Of a DNA stretch of 35,512 nt, positions 24,881 to 34,948 are shown piece after piece. Below the pieces are notes generated by a model. The model had not been told where the DNA came from, did not search any database, and saw only the letters and a program-made list of their open reading frames with translations. Where the stretch lies: IMG/VR virus record IMGVR_UViG_3300046170_000151, positions 1 through 35,512 of that record; one strand, 5' to 3'. Numbering within the stretch: position 1 is the stretch's first letter; each line of letters begins with the position of its first letter. The DNA is from a virus. Taxonomy: Duplodnaviria > Caudoviricetes. The position numbers and the translations under genes were made by a program.

Positions 24881-26763
24881 ACTATTGACGCTCGGCCTCT
24901 ATTGTTTACGGCCTGGTTGATTATACTCACTAATTGACCCCGGCGCTTGTACAGCAGCTCATCGAAGCCTTTGGTGTCTACTGCGTTTATATTCACAGTG
25001 ACATTCATGCCAGATCCTTGACCCTTAGTATGATCAATGACGGTTTCGTTAGGATGCAGGATAGCAGCAAATCCACCCTTACCGTCTACGCCGCCAGTGC
25101 GCGAACCCATGCCAGTAAAGCCACCGCCTTCAAACGAACCTATAGCTTGTCCAGCAATTGCAGCGGCGCTCGCGTAACCCATGGCCTTTACCATTCCAGA
25201 TAAAGCTATATTAGCAGGAGTAAAGGGAGGCATACCTAAAGCAGCAGTAGCCGCAGCATTGGTATTAACTATAGCATTAGCTACTTGTATACCTTGATTA
25301 ACTAAGAACGCAGCTTTTTGAGCCTTAGAGCCATCCTCGAAAGCAGACTCCATTTGACTAGCAGCTTGACCGATAAAGTTCACTGACTCCATCCTGGTCT
25401 TCATGTCTTGTTCAGCATACTTTGCTAGATTATCTGCTCTTTGACGAGCAAGATTAATAATGCTTGCTGTGTATTCTTCGTCACTAATAATATCGTCATC
25501 ACGATACTTATTCAGCTCATCTAGCTGTTCGCGATATTTAGTAAGGTACTGGTCTCTAGCTGTGCCTGTCTTGCCTAGAATATCAGTCATGAGTTTCTCA
25601 GCATCTTCCTGCTGTTTCATAACCTCTAAGCGTTCTTGCAGAATGTCTATCTCGCGCAACTGAGTCTGATTAGCTCCCTGCAAGGCAGCATCACGCAATG
25701 CAATAACACGCTCGCTCATTCCATAAGCAGCAACTTCTCTTCGCATTTCCTCAATAGTTTCTTTAAGAGCGTCTCTAAAGCCTTCTTGTTCTTCAGTATT
25801 ATTCTTCAATGCTCCATCAAGGTCGCCAAGAGCATCTTGAATTGCTGTAGTGAAGCGAGCAGCTTCTTCTGCGTCCATGGCAAATTTGCCAGCAGCAGCA
25901 GCTATCTTAATAAACTCTTCTGAAGCATTGCCAGTATTAGAAAGGTCAGACAACAAGCTTACTAATGCAGTTGCAGCTCCTTCTGTTCCGTTTTGAACTG
26001 CTATAGTGGCCTGGCGTAGTTCGAGCGCTTGTTCCGCAGTCACGCCCATTTCAGAAGCAAATCTCTTTAGTATTACCTCATTACCACGAACTGCGTTACC
26101 AGTTTTAGCCTGAACGAATAAGAACTCTTCAATCTCGTTCTTTAAGCCAGATTGAGCTGCTTGAGTAGCTTCCATGGCAGCAATTAGCTTAGACTGAAGA
26201 ACTATCTCTGCGTAGTCTCTGCTAGATTTAGCTAACTCTTCAAAACCCTCAGTTAAGGTATATACTCCTTGACTGTTTACGGTCATTAAAGTGTCATTAA
26301 GATCTTTGAATATTTTCTCTAGCTTCTTCCCTTCTTGACCCATTTCAAAGAGCTTGGGAATCATAGTGGTCGCAATCAATGCGCCAATAGATATGATCGC
26401 ACCAGCAACAATACCGCCAGTACCAAACACAGATGCGATTTGAGAACCCTGCTGACCTAAGATAAGACCAAGGTTCTGACCGCCTTGGATCTGGACTGCA
26501 ACGTCTTGGATTTGGTAACCGAGTTGGCCTATACCGCCACGAGCCATACGGCTGGTTCGGTTAGCTTCTTTGTAGTTGCCGTTGGAATTACGAGTGACTT
26601 TGTTGGCTTGCTGAGCAATCTTGTCGTATTGACGCAGCTCCATGTTGAGCCGCTTTTGCTCCGCGCCCATCTCGGCGAGTTCTTTCTGAGCAGCCTGGAA
26701 TAAAGCAAGAGCGCCTTGGTCTTGGCCTTTAATTCCTAGGATTATGTTTTGGTCTGCCGCCAT
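24877..26763 (-). CDS. Tape measure protein (lambda-like), 628 aa
   Basis: LGYQIQDVAVQIQGGQ...QQGSQI; Ala-rich coiled coil; FEGGGFTG...LHPNETV. Confidence 0.92.
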   Translation of the reverse strand: MAADQNIILGIKGQDQGALALFQAAQKELAEMGAEQKRLNMELRQYDKIAQQANKVTRNSNGNYKEANRTSRMARGGIGQLGYQIQDVAVQIQGGQNLGLILGQQGSQIASVFGTGGIVAGAIISIGALIATTMIPKLFEMGQEGKKLEKIFKDLNDTLMTVNSQGVYTLTEGFEELAKSSRDYAEIVLQSKLIAAMEATQAAQSGLKNEIEEFLFVQAKTGNAVRGNEVILKRFASEMGVTAEQALELRQATIAVQNGTEGAATALVSLLSDLSNTGNASEEFIKIAAAAGKFAMDAEEAARFTTAIQDALGDLDGALKNNTEEQEGFRDALKETIEEMRREVAAYGMSERVIALRDAALQGANQTQLREIDILQERLEVMKQQEDAEKLMTDILGKTGTARDQYLTKYREQLDELNKYRDDDIISDEEYTASIINLARQRADNLAKYAEQDMKTRMESVNFIGQAASQMESAFEDGSKAQKAAFLVNQGIQVANAIVNTNAAATAALGMPPFTPANIALSGMVKAMGYASAAAIAGQAIGSFEGGGFTGMGSRTGGVDGKGGFAAILHPNETVIDHTKGQGSGMNVTVNINAVDTKGFDELLYKRRGQLVSIINQAVNNRGRASIV

Positions 26764-26920
26764 TTTTAGATCTCTCGTGTCTTATCTTAAGGAAGGTGAA
26801 CCAGTGAGTAAATTCGTCAATGGTCATCTCAAAAATGGCTGACAGAGGCTGACGCAATTCATACGCCAGCTCGTACATGAGGTAAAGCTCTGTTGGCTTC
26901 CCCTCATTATCTACTAGCTT
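26729..26920 (-). CDS. Tail assembly chaperone T segment (gpGT via -1 frameshift)
   Basis: -1 frame after A8 is open: KLVDNEGKPTELYLMYELAYELRQPLSAIFEMTIDEFTHWFTFLKI... Confidence 0.8.
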   Translation of the reverse strand, partial: KLVDNEGKPTELYLMYELAYELRQPLSAIFEMTIDEFTHWFTFLKIRHERSKNGGRPKHNPRN

Positions 26921-27240
26921 TTTTTTCGATCATCCTCCGACTCTGGGTCGGGTATTAGAACGAAGTTTGCTAGACGCTGAATAATATCAGGATCAACTGA
27001 CTTCCTAAGCTTAATCTTGTCATCAATCGTAAATACAGAGTCACCCTTTTCATCGGTGAGACCAAAGATTACCGCATATATCATGTAATCAGTTGTATCG
27101 CTGTTCGCCCTAGCAAGCCATTTGGCTTTGTCATCCAGAGTGAGATTCTTGCTATAAAGCGTAGTCTCCCACTCTGGTACTTCGACTGTGCGAATCGCGC
27201 GAGAACTGAAATGAGTGACCGCTGAATCGATTAATTTCAT
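26914..27240 (-). CDS. Tail assembly chaperone gpG
   Basis: EVPEW motif; between tail tube and TMP; ends CGA AAA AAA AGC TAG. Confidence 0.85.
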   Translation of the reverse strand: MKLIDSAVTHFSSRAIRTVEVPEWETTLYSKNLTLDDKAKWLARANSDTTDYMIYAVIFGLTDEKGDSVFTIDDKIKLRKSVDPDIIQRLANFVLIPDPESEDDRKKS

Positions 27241-27241
27241 A

Positions 27242-27634
27242 TTAGGCTACTGTACCCTCTGTTAATGCTCCAGTGCCTTGGAATGATAAACTAGCTTCAA
27301 CTAGTCCGTCAAATGATGAATTAATTGTACGACCAGTTACTAACACAGTACCCGACAAACGATGGTCGCCTGTAGTGTTGCCTTCCATTTGGAATGACAT
27401 AGTAACTTCAGATCCAACAGTCAGCGCGCCTTGACCCGCTGTATCTGTGTCATCGAACATGACATCACATGAACCAGAGAACGTCTTGAGACTAGCTTTG
27501 TATGTGCGATTAGTGTCGCCCATAGAAGTATCTTCAAGGGTGTCCATGCTTTCTTCAACGGAATAGCTCTTGATCTCAGCGATAGGATCGCTTCCAACCA
27601 ATACTGTCCCGCCACTTCCGCTAAATGTCGCCAT
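27242..27634 (-). CDS. Major tail tube protein
   Basis: EDTSMGD, SLKTFSGS, LSFQGTGAL. Confidence 0.88.
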   Translation of the reverse strand: MATFSGSGGTVLVGSDPIAEIKSYSVEESMDTLEDTSMGDTNRTYKASLKTFSGSCDVMFDDTDTAGQGALTVGSEVTMSFQMEGNTTGDHRLSGTVLVTGRTINSSFDGLVEASLSFQGTGALTEGTVA

Positions 27635-27794
27635 CTTCTATTTCCTCAATAATATCAATTACTTTAATAGCTTTGGGTTTCTTAGGAGCGGTAGCAGGTT
27701 CATCTGACCAACCCTTGCGCTCCATGTTAGGCAGATCTTCTTCCCAGATTATCTGAGTGTTACTGCCTTTGTAGATCGTAATACGTTTAGCCAT
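27621..27794 (-). CDS. 57-aa hypothetical protein MAKRITIYKG...ERKGWS
   Basis: SD AGGAGG; fills the gap between gpU-like and tail tube genes; below the ORF-track cutoff. Confidence 0.7.
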   Translation of the reverse strand: MAKRITIYKGSNTQIIWEEDLPNMERKGWSDEPATAPKKPKAIKVIDIIEEIEDGDI

Positions 27795-27802
27795 TATACC
27801 TC

Positions 27803-28246
27803 CTAAACACTCGCTTCTGGGTCATTCTCAGCCACGCAATAGGTGACCTGTACTTGCATGATACCTACACAAGCAGGTTGTTCGCCATCACCTGATACTT
27901 CACTGGTGAAACCGAGAATCTTAGTATCTTTAGCTAGACCGCCTAATGTAACGTCTGCGGTTATAGCCTTCTCTACCTCAAGCGCAATTTGGTCTATTGT
28001 ATCATCATAGCCTGTCGTGGCCTTAACATAAGACTCAACCACTATGTTCAATGTTCGCATAACAGAGCGAGGAGGACTGATCGATTGATAGATTGTATTC
28101 TCTTCCTGGCTGTATACGCAAAGGCCAGGTAACTTATTAGAACCTAGCGGATAGACCCGGTGATTAAATATCTTAGTGCCTGTTGTCGCAAGACCAGTAC
28201 ACAATGTAATCACAGCATCTCTTATCTGCTTTCGCATATGAGCCAT
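27803..28246 (-). CDS. Tail terminator (gpU-like)
   Basis: HMRKQIRD, RVYP, IDQIALEVEKAI, TLGGL. Confidence 0.8.
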   Translation of the reverse strand: MAHMRKQIRDAVITLCTGLATTGTKIFNHRVYPLGSNKLPGLCVYSQEENTIYQSISPPRSVMRTLNIVVESYVKATTGYDDTIDQIALEVEKAITADVTLGGLAKDTKILGFTSEVSGDGEQPACVGIMQVQVTYCVAENDPEASV

Positions 28247-28551
28247 TAATCAAGCTCCAATACTAATTCGCTCATTCCGTTACCGTCAGACATGATAACC
28301 TTAATCGTATATGGAACTGAGCCAATCTCTAAAGCGTCACCTTCAACAGCGCCAGAAATATCCGCTGTCTTACAAAAGAACCTGGGCTGCTGCATCGCAA
28401 TACCAACGCGACCACCCGCCTCAACCTCCTCGTAGATATTATCGAAGATGCCTTTTACCGTCCGGTGAGAACTCGTAGCAGGATCAAAGATAGCATCAAC
28501 ACCAAAGTCGGCTAACATTGCATTTCTCTCTGCTGCGGTTTCTACTGTCAC
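28246..28551 (-). CDS. Head-tail joining protein (gpFII-like)
   Basis: DFG, KGIFD, GDAL, DGNGMSEL. Confidence 0.75.
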   Translation of the reverse strand: MTVETAAERNAMLADFGVDAIFDPATSSHRTVKGIFDNIYEEVEAGGRVGIAMQQPRFFCKTADISGAVEGDALEIGSVPYTIKVIMSDGNGMSELVLELD

Positions 28552-28754
28552 TTAGACGCTCTTCCTCTACGTTTTGGCGCTTCGTCTGAGGTATCAAGAC
28601 CTACCGAACGATTAGCCGGAATCACTGGCTCGCTTGCGGGGATTATACGTCCCATTCCCAGCAAAGCGCTTACGCCTTCTACTACTTCTACGATCTCACC
28701 TTTCTTCCGAGCTACTCGGTCGATGACACAGCCTTTAATCACTTCGTATTTCAT
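28548..28754 (-). CDS. Small hypothetical virion protein
   Basis: KKGEIVEV...LLGMGRI; immediately after the capsid gene. Confidence 0.7.
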   Translation of the reverse strand: MKYEVIKGCVIDRVARKKGEIVEVVEGVSALLGMGRIIPASEPVIPANRSVGLDTSDEAPKRRGRASK

Positions 28755-28767
28755 AAATATTCCTTAA

Positions 28768-28795
28768 GAAAAGGGGCGGGCCTAAACCCGCCCCT
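28768..28795 (-). terminator. Rho-independent terminator after the capsid gene
   Basis: GGGGCGGG-TTTAGG-CCCGCCCC-TTTT on -. Confidence 0.8.
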
Positions 28796-28809
28796 GTTCA
28801 GAGTCTTAC

Positions 28810-31053
28810 CTACGCGCCGTCGTTACCGAAGGCGAAGCTCACAGCGTGACGTACTGCTACGTCTACTGATTGCAGAGCAACTACTCGGATAGTACCAGTT
28901 GTAGACGCTGTATATGGGTCTACTACTATATCTAGTCCACCGAACATTCCAATAAGGAGATCGGAGAAGTTGCCGAAGTAAAGGTTACCAGCAGTCGCTT
29001 GGTTAGAAACGATTGCGCGGTAGCCGTTCATAGTAGTGCCGTCTGCAACGAACTGAGCTGTGCCAGTGGCTTTCTCAGTTGTCTTCAACGCGCCATACAT
29101 ACTCGCAGGGAGGATGTAAGCAAGGTTACCCATAAGAGCGTTGTCTTCTGCAATAGCAGTTTCAAGGCTCACAACTTCCGCGAAAGTTGGGTTAGGGTTA
29201 GCGAATGAAGTTACAGTATTGACACCAGAAGTACTCAGGATGCCAGTAGGCGCTCCGCTTGTACCTGCGCCTTCCAGACCAGCCTTATCAATAGTAAGGG
29301 CGATTGCAGAAGTAAGGTCGTTACGGATAAGAGCCTCAACGTCCAATGAGCTTTGGATGAGTAGCTGACGAGTAACGTCAGTGAACGCGCCCAGAGTCTT
29401 AGGAGTCATTGAAACCTGACCGACTGTCATTTCGCTTTCAGCAGCAGCGCCGCCTTCAGAAGCAATCCAAGCAGCAGTTGCAGCAGCAGTCTTCTTAGGG
29501 ATCTTAACATCGCCAGAGAGACCACCAAGCATAGTTGCGCCAGCTTGCATTACGCTTGAAGCGTTACGCAGTACGTCGATGAAGTCACCACCACGGAAAT
29601 CATCACCGAAGATAGCTGCATCATCAGCAGAGTTCAGGTCACGCTTCCAGTTCTTCATTACTTCCGCAGGGAGCATGATGCCTTGAGCTGAACGACCGTA
29701 CTGCTCAGATGCAGCGCGTGAAGCCTCAAACTCAAACGCAGCAGCTTCTTGAGCGCGACGATCAGTTGGGTTTGCAAGAGCGTGGATAGCCTTGACTAGT
29801 GAGAAGCGCTTAGTCTGCTCTTTAGTCAATCCGATCTCTTGAGCTTCGAGAGCGCGCTGGCTACCGATCTTCTCAAGAACCGAACCACGGAACTCTTCGA
29901 TTGATGTACCTTCAGCAATAGCCTTGTGAGCAAGCTCGCTCTGACCGTGACGCTGACCAAGCTCAAGGATTTGAGCTGCATTCTTACTGGCTGATTGACG
30001 GGCTTGAGCCTCTACAGCCGCGATATCTACTTCAGACATTTTACTGTCCTCCACATAAGTTACGATTTCGGGTTTTTTTGGCTGCTCGCTCGACCGTCCA
30101 ACGCCAACTGTCACATCGGCTGGTATAGACACCAAACTTGCTTCCATTGGTCTCCAAGACTTAGCGATATACGTTTCGCCATCCCTAGAGTCTTTCTGCA
30201 TCTTGCTGATCGAATAACCAACGCTGATATTAGCGCGGATACCGTCCAACACATCATCGAACGCCTCTCTAGCAAGTGCGCCTTTTCCAAAGCGTACTGT
30301 CGCTCGCAGTCTACGAGCCGAGCCATCAAGGTCTACCGATTCTATTACGCCGATCTGCTTCTCTGGGTCGTGATCCAGTAGAAGTGGCGCTCTGCCTGAA
30401 GCGAGGAATGAAAGATCAATCGCTTCGGCTGAATGTTCTAATACCTCATTACCAAATGACCTAGACACAGGCTCTTCAGATGAGATAGCAATCTTTACTG
30501 TGCGCTTCTCTTCATCAATCGGAGATGCGTCCAGTGACATAGCGCGATGGACTACTTCCGCAGTCTCGGTACGCTCTTCTGTAAGGTTCTCGCTAAGAAC
30601 CGCTGTATCGTCAACCGACTCTTCGGTCTCGTCTACAACGACCTCGTTACTTATATCTGTCATCTCTGAATCCTCTTCAGCAATGTCATTCATTATATCA
30701 TAGCTACGGTCGTCAATAGAGTTAACCCTATCTACTATGCGCTTAGACCACGTTTGTCCTGCGTCACCACCCCAGAGACCCCAGGCTATCCTTCCAGCGC
30801 TAGGGAATCCCTCTTCGCCAGAATTAAATCCCTCAGCTTGCTTATCAACTTCATGCCTAGCAAAGAACGAGTACATTCGCTTTACAGTACTAATGCTAAG
30901 ATTAGAACCATTGATTATGTCTCTAGCTCTAGCAACGCCAACCGCAGTACCACCCCTGCCGTATTCTTTACGCCAATCAAGCGCCTTGCGAGCAGCCGAG
31001 ACCATGCCATCAGTAGGCTTGGTGTTTATATCTACGCCTTTGTACTTAGTCAT
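28810..31053 (-). CDS. Fusion of N-terminal PTDGM/WGG domain, prohead protease and HK97-fold major capsid protein
   Basis: Protease motifs LLLDHD, ISVGY, EASLVSIPAD; capsid motifs MTPKTLGA, FGNFSDL, DVAVRH. Confidence 0.92.
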   Translation of the reverse strand: MTKYKGVDINTKPTDGMVSAARKALDWRKEYGRGGTAVGVARARDIINGSNLSISTVKRMYSFFARHEVDKQAEGFNSGEEGFPSAGRIAWGLWGGDAGQTWSKRIVDRVNSIDDRSYDIMNDIAEEDSEMTDISNEVVVDETEESVDDTAVLSENLTEERTETAEVVHRAMSLDASPIDEEKRTVKIAISSEEPVSRSFGNEVLEHSAEAIDLSFLASGRAPLLLDHDPEKQIGVIESVDLDGSARRLRATVRFGKGALAREAFDDVLDGIRANISVGYSISKMQKDSRDGETYIAKSWRPMEASLVSIPADVTVGVGRSSEQPKKPEIVTYVEDSKMSEVDIAAVEAQARQSASKNAAQILELGQRHGQSELAHKAIAEGTSIEEFRGSVLEKIGSQRALEAQEIGLTKEQTKRFSLVKAIHALANPTDRRAQEAAAFEFEASRAASEQYGRSAQGIMLPAEVMKNWKRDLNSADDAAIFGDDFRGGDFIDVLRNASSVMQAGATMLGGLSGDVKIPKKTAAATAAWIASEGGAAAESEMTVGQVSMTPKTLGAFTDVTRQLLIQSSLDVEALIRNDLTSAIALTIDKAGLEGAGTSGAPTGILSTSGVNTVTSFANPNPTFAEVVSLETAIAEDNALMGNLAYILPASMYGALKTTEKATGTAQFVADGTTMNGYRAIVSNQATAGNLYFGNFSDLLIGMFGGLDIVVDPYTASTTGTIRVVALQSVDVAVRHAVSFAFGNDGA
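30692..30700 (-). promoter_or_regulatory. Internal extended -10 promoter TGATATAAT
   Basis: Perfect TGnTATAAT 28 nt upstream of in-frame ATG 30663, which has SD GAGGA. Confidence 0.5.
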
Positions 31054-32518
31054 CAGTCAAATCCGGTTCTTGGGGTACGAATTGCGCGCCATACGGTTCT
31101 AATGCGTACTTGATGCCAAACTGTTCAGCAAGATTCTTATCTCGCTGTATCTGAGCCATTAATTCTTCTGCATCCTTACCATACTGGCTTGCTACGTCCT
31201 GAATAGAGAGTATTCCGCTCTTTAGGCCGACTACTGATGCGTTCATTTCCTTAAGCGGGTCAATCCAAGACCATCCCTTACCCCTGAACTCAGCAGCATT
31301 AGAGAATCTTGCGTATTGACGTAGTGGAATGCCGAATGAATTTATTTCCATGGCGCTTTCTAGCCATCCATCAAACACAGGCCGCACGAAATGCTCAATC
31401 ATGAATTGCTGAACATCTCGGTAGTAATCTCGCTCTTCTAACGCGCCCTGGCGAATACTTGAGTAGCTGGTAGCTTCTAGATCGTTAGATAGTGACGTAT
31501 AAGAGATACCTAGAGCAGATGCGACAGACTTGAGTACAGACTTATGGAAGCTCTCGAACTCGTTATTAGGGCTGGAAGGGTCGAAACTGGAAAATTCTAC
31601 CCCCGCAGGCAATTGATGGAAGCTGCCGGGTTCGGCATCCATTATAGGAACTTGACCATCCAGATCGTCAGCAACAAACCCATCACCAGCAGGACTCGTA
31701 AAGAATCCCATCTTACTAGCGCCAACTCGCGCAGCAACGAGCGATGCCTCAATGTACGCGCTTAACTGCTTAAGACCAGACATTGCAGGTGACATCCATG
31801 GCTCGCCTCGTGTTTGACCGGACCGTAAAGGCATAAATACATGAATAACCTTTTCTGCCGGGATGCGAATCGTCTTCTTAGACACCGACATCGTAGTAAA
31901 GTCGTAATCGCCCGGATGATAGCTAAGGAAATGGTACGCAACTGGCTTTTTGAACTTGTTAAGCTCTACACCCATGCGGATTTCGTTGCCATTGGCTAGT
32001 TTTTCGTTCTTGGTCTCATCAACTTGGTCAGACTCTATGAATTCTATAGCAAATGAGTCAGCAAAGGCGTTTCCGCGATGCTTGACTACAAAAACCTCGC
32101 CATCACGCGCTAAAGCCTCCAAACACAGCCTTTGAGCGTCATTCCAGCTCATTCTGCCGTCTACAGTAGGGTTTCCTAGCTTTCCCCACTGCATAAATGC
32201 CTGTTCTACCGCAGAATTGCCTGTCTCATCGAGCTTACCAACCGTATCTAGCGCCTTAACCTGCAAGCCAAATCCCTTACCGCCAATCACATTGGTCTTA
32301 AGTAAGTTCATATAGCGCTTTGCATATTGGTTATTGCGTACTAAATCCCTAGAACGACTGCGTATAACTTTCAGGACAGGGCTTAATTCAGAGTCAGCGG
32401 AACGCTCAGATGACTTAAAATCGGCAAATAACCGACCAGGATTGGCAGCAGCGTAAGCTCGTTTGAATATTTTAGGCTCTGGCTTCACTTTCTTAGTGAA
32501 TATGTCGAAAATCGCCAT
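31046..32518 (-). CDS. Lambda-family portal protein
   Basis: RSRSRDLVRNN, DGEVF, PVAYH, GQTRGEP, YSSIRQG, WIDPLKE. Confidence 0.95.
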   Translation of the reverse strand: MAIFDIFTKKVKPEPKIFKRAYAAANPGRLFADFKSSERSADSELSPVLKVIRSRSRDLVRNNQYAKRYMNLLKTNVIGGKGFGLQVKALDTVGKLDETGNSAVEQAFMQWGKLGNPTVDGRMSWNDAQRLCLEALARDGEVFVVKHRGNAFADSFAIEFIESDQVDETKNEKLANGNEIRMGVELNKFKKPVAYHFLSYHPGDYDFTTMSVSKKTIRIPAEKVIHVFMPLRSGQTRGEPWMSPAMSGLKQLSAYIEASLVAARVGASKMGFFTSPAGDGFVADDLDGQVPIMDAEPGSFHQLPAGVEFSSFDPSSPNNEFESFHKSVLKSVASALGISYTSLSNDLEATSYSSIRQGALEERDYYRDVQQFMIEHFVRPVFDGWLESAMEINSFGIPLRQYARFSNAAEFRGKGWSWIDPLKEMNASVVGLKSGILSIQDVASQYGKDAEELMAQIQRDKNLAEQFGIKYALEPYGAQFVPQEPDLTDD

Positions 32519-33100
32519 CTAGAACCTCACCTTAATTGTTGATACGCCTTTGCGACCGTTTTGAGCGGCTTCAGATGCCTTTTCCTTGTTTACCTCAGAT
32601 CGATAGTAATCACGAGCATCTAAAAGCTCTGTGAAAGACATCTTAGTCAAAGATCGACCTGCAATGGAGTAAGAGGACACATCTGAGTCGGCTTTACCTG
32701 CTAAGATACTTTCAATCTTGTCTACCATGATTGCGGCATGAGTTCTTAAGTCAGTGCCGGGGATATCTAAGTCAGCTAAAACGGTAAATTGACCACGAGA
32801 TAATACGCGACGAGCCGAATCGCTATTCCTAACGATCTCTTGCTGCCATTCATATTTACCAGCGGTGTATGCTGCGGTTGCCGTACTAGTCGCTGAGACT
32901 AAGTAATGGTCTGCTTGACCAGTGGCTGTAATCTGAAACTCATCACGCTTACCCGATATTCGAGCTGTGTAAATAAGTGTATAATCAGCGGTAGGATAGT
33001 CGGCAACTAGATCTGATATCTTCCACTGAACAAAATCGCCCGCTACTATCTCTAGAGGCTCTCCCTCTGGCGCATTTGTCGCGTCAAATACATTCGCCAT
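32519..33100 (-). CDS. Head completion / gpW-like protein with N-terminal extension
   Basis: Between terL and portal; SSYSIAGRSLTK...ELL. Confidence 0.7.
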   Translation of the reverse strand: MANVFDATNAPEGEPLEIVAGDFVQWKISDLVADYPTADYTLIYTARISGKRDEFQITATGQADHYLVSATSTATAAYTAGKYEWQQEIVRNSDSARRVLSRGQFTVLADLDIPGTDLRTHAAIMVDKIESILAGKADSDVSSYSIAGRSLTKMSFTELLDARDYYRSEVNKEKASEAAQNGRKGVSTIKVRF

Positions 33101-33115
33101 GAATTGATCCTTTGT

Positions 33116-34948
33116 TTAGCGCCAAGAATTTACGAAGTTCCTGCCAACCTTGGGTATAAACGGTTGACGTATAGGAGCTTTAGGCTTTTCGTCCTGCTCC
33201 TGCTCTGTCTGACTCAATTTGTCAGAAAGCGCATTTATATTGATCCCGATTATAGCATAAGCAGCTATTGCGTAGACGAAGCAGTCCAAAGCCTCATTAC
33301 GAGGTCGCATTTTCTGAAACATCCGCTTCTTAAATCCACGATGATACCTAGTAACAATCTTTTCTGCCGTCAGTTGTCTAAAGTATTCGTCGTTAAGTGT
33401 ATCAGAAAAGTGAATAAATCCCGCGCCTGGATCATTTATCCTAAGTCTGGCAAACAGTAAGTCTTTGGCTGTGTCTACACCGATAGGAAAGAGTGGACAT
33501 TTACCGATGTTATTCTTTGATGGCCTGGACACAATAGCTCTGCCTTCGCCGCCAACGCCCTTGATTGCGAACACTCTACGCCCGGCGTTTTTCTTAGCAT
33601 AGGCATAAACCGAGTTCGTGTAGTGACCACCTGAGTCAACGCATACGGCTCGTATAGGAAGTTGTCTATTATCGTGGGTATCAAAGCTCTGAAAGATATG
33701 AGTATCTAAACTAGTCCACAAATGAGGAGTGGAGGGGTCGCCGTACATAACCTGATGGTCAATGACCCAGCTTTCGTCATCCCTACCCCAGCCAATGATG
33801 CTTACCTCTAGTCTGTCGTCCTGAACGTCAACTCCAGCCGTGAGAAGTATGCATTCTTCAGGTATCTTATCGGCGAAGTCTTCTCGTCTCTCTTGGAGGT
33901 TGTACACATCGAGACTTTCACCTTCGTCCTCCCAACTTTTCCCTAAATAAGTATTGTTCCAAACCTTAAGCTGTTCTGGGTTCTTCCTTACGGATAAGAA
34001 CTCCCTCACGCCGTCAGATAAAGGTGTCCAAGGACTGTAAAGCGCGGAGATGGCAAAACCAGCTATGCCATTAAACGGTTCGTCTGCTATCCACTCACCG
34101 TTACGGATAGCCTTACGACGATCTGAGTCAGACCAGATGACCGCGCAAGACTCGCAGCGATAACCTGCTGTCTCTGGATTATTGTCAGTCCAGATCACAT
34201 GACCCCAATCTAGCTTTTGCTTGTGGTCGCAGTGAGGACACGGAACGTGATAATGTCGTTGGTCAGACTTCTCGAATGCTTCCTCAATGCGAGAAGCGCC
34301 TTTGATCGTAGGAGTGGAGACCATGACGATCTTCCTGTCCCAGAACGTAGAGGCTCGCTTCCTTGCTAGTTGAATAGGATCGCCCTCAGATCCAGCAGAG
34401 ACAGGGTATCTGTCTACCTCATCACACAGAACCAACCTTACCGGCCTTGAGGCTAGACTTGATGGGCTGTTCGCCCCGACCAGAGTGATTGCGCCGCCTG
34501 GGAACATCTTATGCAACGTGGTGTTGCCAGAGTCCCTTGAGCGAGGAGACCTAACCTTATCCTGTAAGCAGGGAGTGGACGCAAGCAAGCCATTAGCTAC
34601 ACGATCCTTAGAGAACGCCTGAGCCATGTCCAAGCTAGGCTGCAACATCAGCATCGGACAAGGATCGTTGTCTATGTGGTAACCAATGATATTGAGCAGA
34701 GCTTCTGACTTACCAAGCTGCGCCGCAGACATAATGACGACCTCTTTGTTCCTAGGGTCGCTACAAGCATCCATCATGCCGCGCTGGTACTCCGCTCGTG
34801 AAGTATACCAACGACCAGGCTCTGCGCTGGATTGACTGTCTAGCCTTCTTTCTCTGTCAGCCCACTCAGAGATTGTCAACTTCGGAGGAGGCCGCAGTAC
34901 GTCCATCCCCTTCAGTAGTATTTCCTTGACGTTCCCGAATGGCTGCAT
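33116..34948 (-). CDS. terL: Terminase large subunit (lambda gpA family)
   Basis: AQLGKSE, LCDEVD, STPT, GVDVQ, VDSGG, RNEALDC. Confidence 0.97.
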   Translation of the reverse strand: MQPFGNVKEILLKGMDVLRPPPKLTISEWADRERRLDSQSSAEPGRWYTSRAEYQRGMMDACSDPRNKEVVIMSAAQLGKSEALLNIIGYHIDNDPCPMLMLQPSLDMAQAFSKDRVANGLLASTPCLQDKVRSPRSRDSGNTTLHKMFPGGAITLVGANSPSSLASRPVRLVLCDEVDRYPVSAGSEGDPIQLARKRASTFWDRKIVMVSTPTIKGASRIEEAFEKSDQRHYHVPCPHCDHKQKLDWGHVIWTDNNPETAGYRCESCAVIWSDSDRRKAIRNGEWIADEPFNGIAGFAISALYSPWTPLSDGVREFLSVRKNPEQLKVWNNTYLGKSWEDEGESLDVYNLQERREDFADKIPEECILLTAGVDVQDDRLEVSIIGWGRDDESWVIDHQVMYGDPSTPHLWTSLDTHIFQSFDTHDNRQLPIRAVCVDSGGHYTNSVYAYAKKNAGRRVFAIKGVGGEGRAIVSRPSKNNIGKCPLFPIGVDTAKDLLFARLRINDPGAGFIHFSDTLNDEYFRQLTAEKIVTRYHRGFKKRMFQKMRPRNEALDCFVYAIAAYAIIGININALSDKLSQTEQEQDEKPKAPIRQPFIPKVGRNFVNSWR

